From NCBI RefSeq assembly GCF_001306055.1, contig NZ_LGHJ01000003.1, positions 1-32,000 on the forward strand: a stretch of 32,000 nt of DNA, written 5' to 3'. This DNA comes from Bellilinea caldifistulae (lineage in GTDB: Bacteria > Chloroflexota > Anaerolineae > Anaerolineales > Anaerolineaceae). Of the stretch, positions 18,164 through 25,924 are shown piece by piece. The translations under genes and the position numbers were made by a program. The notes beneath the pieces were generated by a model that searched no databases, was not told the origin of the DNA, and saw only the letters and a program-made list of their open reading frames with translations. Numbering within the stretch: the stretch's first letter is position 1; the number at the start of each line of letters is the position of its first letter.

Positions 18164-19633
18164 TCAGGGCATTGGGTTGGAGGCCGCCCAATCGCTGCCG
18201 ACGACGACGGCGATGTCATAAGGGGCGTTGGGGTCGAAGCGGTTATACACGCGCGGATTCTCAATTCCCATCAGGCCAGCCAGATAACGCAGGGTGTACG
18301 GCTTGCCGTTGTAGACGAAGAATGTAGTCACGTTGTAGAACTGATCCGCGGTGGATTCATCCACCACGTTTAAACCCTGCTGGCGCAGCCAGGCTGCGGT
18401 TTGCCCGGCCAGGCCGTCCGCTCCGCTGCCATTTTGCACCGATACCCGCGCTGCCTCTGCCTGCATCAGCGATGCCGCATCCTCAGCAACAGCCACCGGC
18501 CCTACCGGCCCACCGCTGGTGAAGATCTCGTCGCGAATCAAGCGGATGCGGTCGGGAATGGGGATGAGAATGTCCAGCCCGTCCGGGGAAGTCCCAAATT
18601 CAACGGCATCGGTGCCGATGACAGCGCGTTTGATGTTCTGTTCGGGGATCTGCTGGGCCAGCCACGCCAGCCGAATGACCTGTTCGAGGGTCATGTTGGT
18701 GCGTACCCCGGAAGCCAGCTCGTTATAGAGTACCGGGGCACGGGTGATCAGCGTCGGCAGCATATCGAAGCTGAGAATACGGTCACGGATGGCCAGCACA
18801 ACCTGCTGCTGACGGCGGGCGCGGTCGAAGTCGCCGCCTTCGGTGTAACGCTGACGGGCGTAGGCGAGGGCAATATCCCCCGGCAGGGTCACCACCCCCG
18901 GCTCCAGGGTGATCTTGCGGTTGCTGCCCATCACCACCACGGTGATGGGTTCTTCAACGCGGATTTTGACGCCTTTGATTTCGTCAATGAAACGCACAAA
19001 GGCGTTGAAATCAATCTGGGCGTAGTATTGAATATCCACACCGAGGAATTGCTTGACGGTTTCCATCGCCAGAGCCGGACCGCCGCCGGGCAGTTTATCC
19101 AGTTCGCCGAAGTAATAAGCCTGATTGATCTTGTGGTAATCGTAACCGGGGATGTTGACCCACATATCCCGCGGGATGGAGAGAATTCCGGCGGTGTTGC
19201 TGATGGGATCGAGGGTGAAGAGCATCATGGTGTCGGTGCGCGGCACTTCGCCGGCTTCCCAATCGCGATAATCCAGTCCCATCAACAGGACGTTGACGCG
19301 GTTTTTGCCGTCCCACGGTTGAGGTTGCGGCCCGCCCGACGGCTGTAAAATGGTGTTGGGCGGCAGGGTGGGGACAGCCGGATTATTGGAGGTACTGCCA
19401 ATCGCAACGCCTTCCAGGGGGGTTGCCGTCCAGGATTTGAAAAGATCCCGGGCGACGTTGAAGGTTACCACGGCAGTAATGACCGCCAGGATGATAAAAA
19501 CAATCAGGACGATCAGCGTCACCCGATCCAGCGGTGTCCGCTTATATGCCATTCGTTGTTGTCGTTGAGCCATCTTGATCTTTCGATAACGCGTAGAAGT
19601 TCGGATCATGCCCCTTGAGGGTGCAAGATCCAT
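18164..19633 (-). CDS. LytR-CpsA-Psr (LCP) family cell-envelope phosphotransferase with an N-terminal TM anchor and a C-terminal LytR_C-like domain
   Basis: TM segment LIVLIVFIILAVITAVV. LCP core NVLLMGLDYRD...RTDTMMLFTLDP...ILSIPRDMWV...KINQAY. Alternative starts exist at 19609 and 19573. Confidence 0.85.
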   Translation of the reverse strand: MDLAPSRGMIRTSTRYRKIKMAQRQQRMAYKRTPLDRVTLIVLIVFIILAVITAVVTFNVARDLFKSWTATPLEGVAIGSTSNNPAVPTLPPNTILQPSGGPQPQPWDGKNRVNVLLMGLDYRDWEAGEVPRTDTMMLFTLDPISNTAGILSIPRDMWVNIPGYDYHKINQAYYFGELDKLPGGGPALAMETVKQFLGVDIQYYAQIDFNAFVRFIDEIKGVKIRVEEPITVVVMGSNRKITLEPGVVTLPGDIALAYARQRYTEGGDFDRARRQQQVVLAIRDRILSFDMLPTLITRAPVLYNELASGVRTNMTLEQVIRLAWLAQQIPEQNIKRAVIGTDAVEFGTSPDGLDILIPIPDRIRLIRDEIFTSGGPVGPVAVAEDAASLMQAEAARVSVQNGSGADGLAGQTAAWLRQQGLNVVDESTADQFYNVTTFFVYNGKPYTLRYLAGLMGIENPRVYNRFDPNAPYDIAVVVGSDWAASNPMP

Positions 19634-19648
19634 TCCACTTGAAGAGAG

Positions 19649-19870
19649 TTATTCCATGGGAGGTGGGGGGACGGGTAGAGCCTCCGTAGCGGTGTGGATC
19701 CACTTGTCGCCTTCTTCAATCAGCATGACGGGGATGTCTTCCACAATCGGGTATTTGCGTCCGCAGTCACGGCAGATCAGCCAGCTTTCTTTGTAATAAT
19801 CCAGCAGCCCTTCTTTTTCACGAACACAGGCCGGGCAGCGCAGAATTTCCAGCAGTTCCGGGTTAACCAT
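19649..19870 (-). CDS. Trm112/YcaR-like small zinc-ribbon protein (UPF0434)
   Basis: LLEILRCPAC...LICRDCGRKYPIVEDIPVMLIEE has four Cys in a CPxC...CxxC arrangement. AGGAGGA SD precedes a double ATG, and the second ATG (19870) is preferred. It lies 15 nt upstream of the LCP gene. Confidence 0.8.
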   Translation of the reverse strand: MVNPELLEILRCPACVREKEGLLDYYKESWLICRDCGRKYPIVEDIPVMLIEEGDKWIHTATEALPVPPPPME

Positions 19871-20079
19871 CATTCCTCCTGATGGAGCAGAATTTCTTCA
19901 TCAATTATAATGCAGCCCCGTTCATTCATTCCTTGATTTGGCTTATCAAATTCAGCCAGGAAATGACGGGTTGAGCTTGTGAATGGGGATTATTTTACCA
20001 TGAAGAGGCGAGGAAACGAATTTGGGGCCTGAAACGAAGATGCGTAAGGGGACAGGAAATCTTTTGGGCTTTGGGGGAG

Positions 20080-20110
20080 ACCGCCACGCCGCCTGACGGC
20101 GGCTGGCGGT
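20080..20110 (-). terminator. GC-rich hairpin 13 nt downstream of the P450 stop; terminator-like but with no U-tract
   Basis: accgccacgccgcc / ggcggctggcggt forms a 13-bp stem with one bulged C and a 4-nt loop (tgac). No T-run on either strand. Confidence 0.3.
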
Positions 20111-20123
20111 GACTTGAGCGGGA

Positions 20124-21485
20124 TTACTGGCGTTTTTCAAAGTAAACCAACACACCCGGACGTGGCTGCAAGGTGGCAATCGGGGTTGGTTTCACCTTAA
20201 TTCCTTCTACCAATTCCACCCGGAAATGCTGCAAGATGATCGTCATCAGCAATTGGGCTTCCATTTGGGCAAAATGATTGCCGATGCACTGCCGCGGCCC
20301 TCCGCCGAACGGGTAATAAGCGTAACGGAGGCGCTGAGCCGAACGCGCCTCGCTGAAACGCTCGGGGTCAAAGGCTTCGGGGTTCTCCCAGTAATCAGGA
20401 TGGTGATGGGTCACATACGGGCTGAGGAAGATCATCGTTCCGGCGGGAATGGGGTAGCCTTGAATGACATCATCTTCGATGGCGTGGCGGGCAAACATCC
20501 AGGCAGGCGGGAAAAGGCGCAGCGCCTCGCTGAAGACCATTGCCCCGTAAGGCATGGACTGCAAATCCTCCACGGTGGGGGGGCGGTCGCCAATGACCTG
20601 GCGGATTTCATCCATCAGACGGAATTCGACCAGCGGGTGTTGAGCCAGCAGGTAGAATGTCCATGCCAGAGCGTTGGCGGTGGTTTCGTGCCCGGCGAGG
20701 AAGATGGTCATCAACTCGTCGCGGATCTGGCGGTCGGGCATTCCTTCGCCGCTCTCCGGGTCGCGTGCCATCAACAAGCGCGATAGTAAATCGCCGTTAT
20801 CCGTGTCGCTTTGCCGGCGTTTTTCGATCAGCCGGTAGATGAATTCGTCCAAAAAGCGCAAGGCGCGCTCATGCCGGAGATTGGCCGGGGTGGGCAATTT
20901 TTCCAGAATCGGGTGGGGCGAGAAAAGCACCTGATTAAGGTGTTCGAGGGTCTGGTCAAAGGCTTTGCCGAGCGCATCGGCCTGGTCACCGACATCATCA
21001 CTGAACATGGTGCGCACGATGATGGTTTGGGTCAGGCGCATCATTTCCTCGCCGAAATTGACCGGCTGGCGCTGGCGAGCGTATTCTTCCCATTTTGGCA
21101 GGCGTTCCAGCGTGGCATTGATCATCACCGTGGCATACTGATTCAGGTTCTGGCGGCTGAAAGAAGGCTGAATGAGGCGGCGCTGGCTGCGCCAGAATTC
21201 ACCTTCGCTGGTGACCAATCCTTCACCCATCAACGGTTTGGCCTGATCGTAACCTTTGTGGTAGTTACGGTTGTTATCCTGCAGCACGTACTTGACACCC
21301 TCGGGATGACTGACCAGATAGGTGGAACGGCTGGCAAGATCGAGGCGCACCACCGGACCATAGCGAATGGCTGCATTCAGCAGAAAGTTGAGCGGATCGC
21401 GGGCGAAACGCGGCAAAACACCCAACACCGGCATACCGGCGGCTGCGGGTACGGGAGAAAGCGCGGGAGCAGTAACTTGAGACAT
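20124..21485 (-). CDS. Cytochrome P450
   Basis: Heme-thiolate loop FGGGPRQCIGNHFA, I-helix LAGHETT, and an ExxR context (SEALRLFPP). 453 aa. Confidence 0.95.
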   Translation of the reverse strand: MSQVTAPALSPVPAAAGMPVLGVLPRFARDPLNFLLNAAIRYGPVVRLDLASRSTYLVSHPEGVKYVLQDNNRNYHKGYDQAKPLMGEGLVTSEGEFWRSQRRLIQPSFSRQNLNQYATVMINATLERLPKWEEYARQRQPVNFGEEMMRLTQTIIVRTMFSDDVGDQADALGKAFDQTLEHLNQVLFSPHPILEKLPTPANLRHERALRFLDEFIYRLIEKRRQSDTDNGDLLSRLLMARDPESGEGMPDRQIRDELMTIFLAGHETTANALAWTFYLLAQHPLVEFRLMDEIRQVIGDRPPTVEDLQSMPYGAMVFSEALRLFPPAWMFARHAIEDDVIQGYPIPAGTMIFLSPYVTHHHPDYWENPEAFDPERFSEARSAQRLRYAYYPFGGGPRQCIGNHFAQMEAQLLMTIILQHFRVELVEGIKVKPTPIATLQPRPGVLVYFEKRQ

Positions 21486-21585
21486 CTTACACCTCTTCTA
21501 TCAATGTTTGACTCCATTATACCGCCCGACAACGCTGACGGATGATTTTCTGTCTAATCCTTCATTCTTATCCTCGCGGGGTTTT

Positions 21586-21594
21586 TGATATAAT
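21586..21594 (+). promoter_or_regulatory. Extended -10 promoter (TGaTATAAT) placed so that menA would be leaderless or nearly so
   Basis: TG at 21586-21587 and TATAAT at 21589-21594. The menA ATG is at 21603, only 8 nt after the hexamer. No SD lies between them. Confidence 0.4.
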
Positions 21595-21602
21595 CCGCTG
21601 GT

Positions 21603-22523
21603 ATGAACCCCGGCACTGCTTCCAACCTTTCGGTCTGGCAGATCTGGCTGCTGGCGGCGCGCCCCCGCACGCTGCCGGCGGCGGCAGCGCCGGTGCTGGT
21701 GGGCTGCGGAGTGGCCGTCTGGGAGGGTGTTTTTCGCCCACTGCCAGCCCTGGCGGCTTTTCTGGTGGGGCTGCTGCTGCAAATTGGGGCGAATATCTCC
21801 AATGATTACTTCGATTTCAAAAAAGGAGCCGATACCAGCGAACGAATTGGACCACTGCGGGTGACTCAGGCAGGACTGCTCACCCCGCGCCAGGTGATCG
21901 GCGGAATGCTGGTGGTGTTTGGCGCAGCCGCACTGATCGGCCTCTATCTGATCTGGGTGGCGGGACTGCCCGCCTTGATTTTGGGGGTGGTTGCGATCCT
22001 TTCGGCGCTGGCTTATACCGGTGGGCCGTACCCGCTGGCGTATCACGGCTGGGGGGAAGTGTTCGTGCTGCTCTTTTTTGGCTTTGCAGCGGTCGGCGGT
22101 ACTTATTTTGTGCAGGCCGGTAGCGTCAGCGCTGCTGCACTGGTTTCCTCGCTGCCAGTTGGCTTGCTGGCCATGGCCATTCTGACGGTGAATAACCTGC
22201 GCGACATTGCCACCGACCGCGCCAGCGGTAAACACACCCTGGCAGTGCGCCTGGGGGAGCAAGGCGCGGTCATCGAATACGGCGTGTGGGTTGGGCTGGC
22301 CTATGGGGTGGCGCTGATGGGCGTGATCAGCCGTATTCTGCCGGTGGCAGCGCTGCTCAGTCTGCTCAGCCTGCCGCTGGCGGCGCGTTTGATTCGCCAG
22401 GTGGCGCATACCCGTGGGCGGGGGTTGAATGTGCTGCTGGGGAAAACCGGCCAGTTAGAACTGCTGTTTGCAGTTTTGTTTACGGGGGGACTGTTAATCA
22501 GCCGCTGGTGGAGCGGTTTTTAA
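21603..22523 (+). CDS. menA: 1,4-dihydroxy-2-naphthoate polyprenyltransferase (UbiA superfamily)
   Basis: First Asp-rich motif NDYFDFKKGAD; second motif NNLRDIATDRASGKHTLAVRLG, which is typical of MenA. Polytopic membrane protein of 306 aa. Confidence 0.85.
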   Translation: MNPGTASNLSVWQIWLLAARPRTLPAAAAPVLVGCGVAVWEGVFRPLPALAAFLVGLLLQIGANISNDYFDFKKGADTSERIGPLRVTQAGLLTPRQVIGGMLVVFGAAALIGLYLIWVAGLPALILGVVAILSALAYTGGPYPLAYHGWGEVFVLLFFGFAAVGGTYFVQAGSVSAAALVSSLPVGLLAMAILTVNNLRDIATDRASGKHTLAVRLGEQGAVIEYGVWVGLAYGVALMGVISRILPVAALLSLLSLPLAARLIRQVAHTRGRGLNVLLGKTGQLELLFAVLFTGGLLISRWWSGF

Positions 22524-23256
22524 CCTGCCACGGGCAGAGCAGGCGTTCCAACCCGTCCACGGTGAAATAAAGCCCCAGCCCCAAAATGCTCATGGCAATT
22601 ACACCGGCATACATGGCCGGGTAATTGAAGAGAGTGTTGCCGTTCAGATAGATGTAATAACCCAGTCCCCGTTGGGTGGCAAATAATTCGGCGATATACA
22701 GCACGGCAACCGCCGTCCCAACCGACTGCCGCAGGGCGGTGAGAATGCCGGGAATGCTGGCCGGCAGGAACACGAAGCGAAACAACGCCAGCCGCCCTGC
22801 GCCGAGGCTGCGCACACTGCGGATCAGTTCGGGGTGCAGACCGGCTGCCTGATCGCGCACCAGCACCAGAATCTGGAAAAAGAGAATCAGGTAAATCACA
22901 ACGATTTTCGAGAGTTCGCCAATGCCGAGGAAAAGCAACACCACCGGCACAAATACCACTTTGGGGATGGGGTAAAGAATGTAAATGATGGGAGAGAACA
23001 CGGCATTCAGGCGTTTGAACTGCCCCAGCGCCAGACCGGCCGGCGCGGCGGTGAGGACGGCCAGCAGAGTGCTGGCCACCACCCGCCACAGACTGGCAAG
23101 AAAATGACCGCTCAAATTCCCGTGACGGGTTTCCTCCCACAAGGTGACCAGCACGCGGCCCGGCGGTGGCAAAATCGGCTGGTTGACCAGCATGGCAATC
23201 ACCTGCCAGATCAGGAGCAAGCCGGCACTGGCAAGCAGCAAATCGCGGCGTTTCAT
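22498..23256 (-). CDS. ABC transporter permease, NitT/TauT (nitrate/sulfonate/bicarbonate-type) family
   Basis: EAA-like loop RSVRSLGAGRLALFRFVFLPASIPG. I prefer the start MKRRDLLL at 23256, because its ATG overlaps the ATPase stop as ATGA and is preceded by GGAGG. The ORF-track start at 23289 is probably too long. Confidence 0.85.
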   Translation of the reverse strand: MKRRDLLLASAGLLLIWQVIAMLVNQPILPPPGRVLVTLWEETRHGNLSGHFLASLWRVVASTLLAVLTAAPAGLALGQFKRLNAVFSPIIYILYPIPKVVFVPVVLLFLGIGELSKIVVIYLILFFQILVLVRDQAAGLHPELIRSVRSLGAGRLALFRFVFLPASIPGILTALRQSVGTAVAVLYIAELFATQRGLGYYIYLNGNTLFNYPAMYAGVIAMSILGLGLYFTVDGLERLLCPWQVKNRSTSG

Positions 23257-24014
23257 CCTGCCTCCAAACGCTCGCGCAAGTGGCGGCACAGGCTGCGGTA
23301 TTCGTCTGACTCGCGGTAGCCGGGCTGCAGGTTGAGCGGGTTTTCGATGATCTGCGCCGTGCGGTTAGGCGGTTGATTGAGCAGTAAAATTTTTTGCCCC
23401 AGCAGAGCGGCTTCTTCAATGGCGTGGGTGACCAGAATCAGGGTCAGTCGGTTTTCCTGCCAGAGTTCCAGTGTCAGGCGCTGTAAGCCTTCACGGGTGG
23501 GGGCATCCAGCGAGGAGAAGGGTTCATCCATCAGTAAAATATCCGGGTTGAGTGCCAGCGTGCGGGCAATAGCAGTCCGCTGACGCTGTCCACCCGAAAG
23601 TTCGGTCGGGTACTGCCCGGCAAAGGGCAACAAACCCAGCCGATCCAACCACGGCTCGACATCCAGCGTGCGTTGATAGTCGGCAGGAGCGTGAACGCCA
23701 TCCGGGCCGTAAAAATTACGCACCCGCAACCCCAAACGGGCATTTTCGCGGACGGTTGCCCAGGGCAGCAAGCCGTAGTCCTGAATGATCAAACCGGTTT
23801 GCGGTCGGGGGCGGTTGAGCGGCTGCCCTTCGACCAAAATCCTGCCGTGTTGAGGGCGCAGCAATCCGGCAATCAGTGAGAGAAGAGTGCTCTTACCGCA
23901 GCCCGAAGGCCCAATCACAGCCCAGGCTTCAGCGCGCCGCACCTGCCATGAGAAGTTTTCGAAAATTGGCAGGGCGGGCTGGTAACCAAAAGTGATTGAG
24001 TCCAGTTCGATCAT
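23253..24014 (-). CDS. ABC transporter ATP-binding protein (NitT/TauT family)
   Basis: Walker [10 protein letters not shown], signature LSGGQRQR, Walker [12 protein letters not shown]. Confidence 0.95.
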   Translation of the reverse strand: MIELDSITFGYQPALPIFENFSWQVRRAEAWAVIGPSGCGKSTLLSLIAGLLRPQHGRILVEGQPLNRPRPQTGLIIQDYGLLPWATVRENARLGLRVRNFYGPDGVHAPADYQRTLDVEPWLDRLGLLPFAGQYPTELSGGQRQRTAIARTLALNPDILLMDEPFSSLDAPTREGLQRLTLELWQENRLTLILVTHAIEEAALLGQKILLLNQPPNRTAQIIENPLNLQPGYRESDEYRSLCRHLRERLEAG

Positions 24015-24025
24015 GGCAGTTTGCT

Positions 24026-24053
24026 AAAAAGGGGTGGCTTGTGACCACCCCTT
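24026..24053 (-). terminator. Intrinsic terminator/attenuator between the binding-protein gene and the ATPase gene
   Basis: On the minus strand, AAGGGGTGG - tcacaag - CCACCCCTT forms a perfect 9-bp stem (24053-24045 with 24037-24029). It runs into TTTTTAGC. Confidence 0.55.
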
Positions 24054-24066
24054 CCTGATGATAATG

Positions 24067-25014
24067 CTACGGCAACAAACTCCCGTTGACACAATCGGTG
24101 TAAGCAAAGTCTTTGTTGAGGTACCCTTTTTCTTTGACCCATGCCAGGGTGTCGTCAAATTGGGCCTGTGTGGGTACTCCCTTGAGCGGGTAAGTCGGCA
24201 CTTTGAAACTTTCTGCCAGCGGGGCCGGCACCATCTTCTGGTCCACCATCAAACCGCTGTACTTTTGCGGGTCGGCATTGATGAGGGCAACGGCTTCTTC
24301 AATCGCCGCTAAAAAGGCGCGCACCGCCTGCGGATGCTGGTCAATGACGGCTTTACGGAAGGTGATCAGACTGAAAGAGTATTCCGGGCGCAGGGTATCA
24401 TCCAGCACAACCGTTGCGCCTTGCTGGGCGGCGAGGGTGGAAAACGGCTCCGGCAGCATGGCGGCTTTCAATTCGCCGCTACCGAGCAGCGCCAACCGGT
24501 CGGGGATTTTGGGGATGGCCACCGTTTGAATTTCATCGGCGCTCAGTCCTTCGGCTTGCAGCAGCCGCTCGGTCAGATACTCGATGACGGTCGCCTGCGA
24601 AACCCCTACCGGCACACCTTTCAGGTCGGCAGCCGTTTGAATGCCGCTGTCTTTGGCGGCCAGAATACGGAAGAGGGCTTGATCGGCTGTGGCTGTGCGG
24701 GCAAATCGGACAGCCTGCACCTGAATCTGATCCTGATTCAGGAACATGACCGAAGCCAGTTCGTTGACCATGCCATCGGCCTGGCCGGCTGAAATCAACT
24801 GATCGCGCTCGGGGGCCGAGCCAACCGGTATAAACTCCACGTTGACGCCGTTTTTGGTAAAGAGGCCTTCCTGCTGGGCAACTACCATGGGCAAAACATC
24901 CAGAATGGGAAGGATGGCCACCTTGAGCGTGATTGTCTCGGTGGGCTGGGCCGGACTGCACGCCGAAACCAGCAGGGTAAAAAGGAGAACCAGTAGAGTC
25001 AGTTTTTGTTTCAT
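24067..25014 (-). CDS. ABC substrate-binding lipoprotein, NMT1/THI5-like (SsuA/TauA/ThiY-type)
   Basis: Signal peptide with a lipobox (LLVSAC). 315 aa. It is the first gene of an SBP-ATPase-permease unit of NitT/TauT type. The fold-level call rests on context and general sequence character. Confidence 0.7.
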   Translation of the reverse strand: MKQKLTLLVLLFTLLVSACSPAQPTETITLKVAILPILDVLPMVVAQQEGLFTKNGVNVEFIPVGSAPERDQLISAGQADGMVNELASVMFLNQDQIQVQAVRFARTATADQALFRILAAKDSGIQTAADLKGVPVGVSQATVIEYLTERLLQAEGLSADEIQTVAIPKIPDRLALLGSGELKAAMLPEPFSTLAAQQGATVVLDDTLRPEYSFSLITFRKAVIDQHPQAVRAFLAAIEEAVALINADPQKYSGLMVDQKMVPAPLAESFKVPTYPLKGVPTQAQFDDTLAWVKEKGYLNKDFAYTDCVNGSLLP

Positions 25015-25232
25015 CCAGTTGATCCTTTTGAGCGATAGAGTATAGATGTCAGCGGGACAGGAAGTTCCGCTGCGGACGGTAATTATACTCCGCTCTGAAA
25101 ATTTAACTGGTCAAATGGCTAAGGCTGGTTGCTCCTTCAGCAGGATGAGATCAACCCGCCGCAGGAGTATATTCAACAAGGTCGTGAGGTGAGTCAAGCG
25201 CATTGCATTAAGCAGAAAGAAGAAGTGAAATC

Positions 25233-25814
25233 ATGCTGGATTTTCAAAATCCATTTCAGGATTCTTTCTCAAGCCCTAACGGACGGGGCAATCACCGGCA
25301 TGTGGATTGTTTCAAGCAGGCTTTGAAGCTTTTTGAACAAGCCCGTTCTGCGGCGGCTCTCTACCGCCTGAAAAATGCCCTGCGCCGGCGAGTCGGCCGC
25401 CTGTTGGATCTCAACTGCCTGCCCTCCAGGCGGGTCAGCAACCGGCACTATGGCGGTATTCGCGCGGTACTGATCGAGCAAATTCACGGCACGCTTGGCC
25501 GCAGCGAGGATTTTGACGATCAATTTAATCCGCTGGATGACCGCAGTCGTGACCGCTGGGTGGCGAGTGCCATGCTGCGTTTTCAGGGTCAACCATTGGA
25601 TGCCGTGAAACTGATTCAGGTTGGCGACCGGTATTTCGTCGAAGATGGGCATCACCGCATTTCGGTGGCGCATGCACTGGGGCAGGCCGTGGTGGATGCC
25701 GAAGTGACCGTGTGGGAGGTCAGCGGGGCGTTGCCGTGGGAGGCTGAGTACACCGCCGGAGAGGTATCCACCTGTTTGCCGGATGGAAGCGGCTTAGATC
25801 CCTTTGGAGCGTGA
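25233..25814 (+). CDS. ParB/Srx-fold (ParB N-terminal-like) domain protein, standalone
   Basis: C-terminal half: DFDDQFNPL...RW......GQPLDAVKLIQVGDRYFVEDGHHRISVAHALGQAVVDAEVTVWE, where DGHHR sits at the ParB 'GERRxR' position. No HTH and no partner parA in the window. Confidence 0.55.
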   Translation: MLDFQNPFQDSFSSPNGRGNHRHVDCFKQALKLFEQARSAAALYRLKNALRRRVGRLLDLNCLPSRRVSNRHYGGIRAVLIEQIHGTLGRSEDFDDQFNPLDDRSRDRWVASAMLRFQGQPLDAVKLIQVGDRYFVEDGHHRISVAHALGQAVVDAEVTVWEVSGALPWEAEYTAGEVSTCLPDGSGLDPFGA

Positions 25815-25847
25815 AACAAATTGCCGGACAAGCCCTCATCTAATTGA

Positions 25848-25887
25848 AACAACCTCTCTCAGCGGCGAGAGAGGTTGTTCTTTTTTC
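25848..25887 (+). terminator. Rho-independent terminator, possibly bidirectional with the convergent MCP gene
   Basis: aacaacctctctc (25848-25860) pairs perfectly with gagagaggttgtt (25867-25879), giving a 13-bp stem and a 6-nt loop. It is followed by cTTTTTTcTT. Confidence 0.85.
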
Positions 25888-25924
25888 TTCGGGAATGGGT
25901 TGATGTTCGGCTATGGAAAGCGGT

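Noticed and set aside
21501-22409. A 302-aa minus-strand ORF antisense to menA. Similar long antisense or alternate-frame ORFs occur at 18401-19348, 22520-23419, 20811-21545, 26474-27229, 17554-18264, 6070-6738, 10349-10975, 11396-12022, 1525-2115 and 4944-5531.
   Set aside because: Each lies entirely within a gene on the other strand or frame that has clear family motifs. The translations are compositionally skewed (R/G/H/Q/P-rich) and lack motifs, SDs or sensible boundaries.
23253-23289. Apparent 37-nt overlap between the ABC permease start and the ATPase stop, which could suggest a frameshift or fusion
   Set aside because: An in-frame ATG at 23256 (MKRRDLLL), preceded by GGAGG, overlaps the ATPase TGA as ATGA. 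This is ordinary translational coupling, and the longer ORF-track start is an artefact.
25015-25232. Expected TPP (THI-box) riboswitch upstream of the NMT1/THI5-like binding-protein gene
   Set aside because: Reading the minus strand, I found no CUGAGA core, no pyrimidine-sensor helix sequence and no matching stem architecture.
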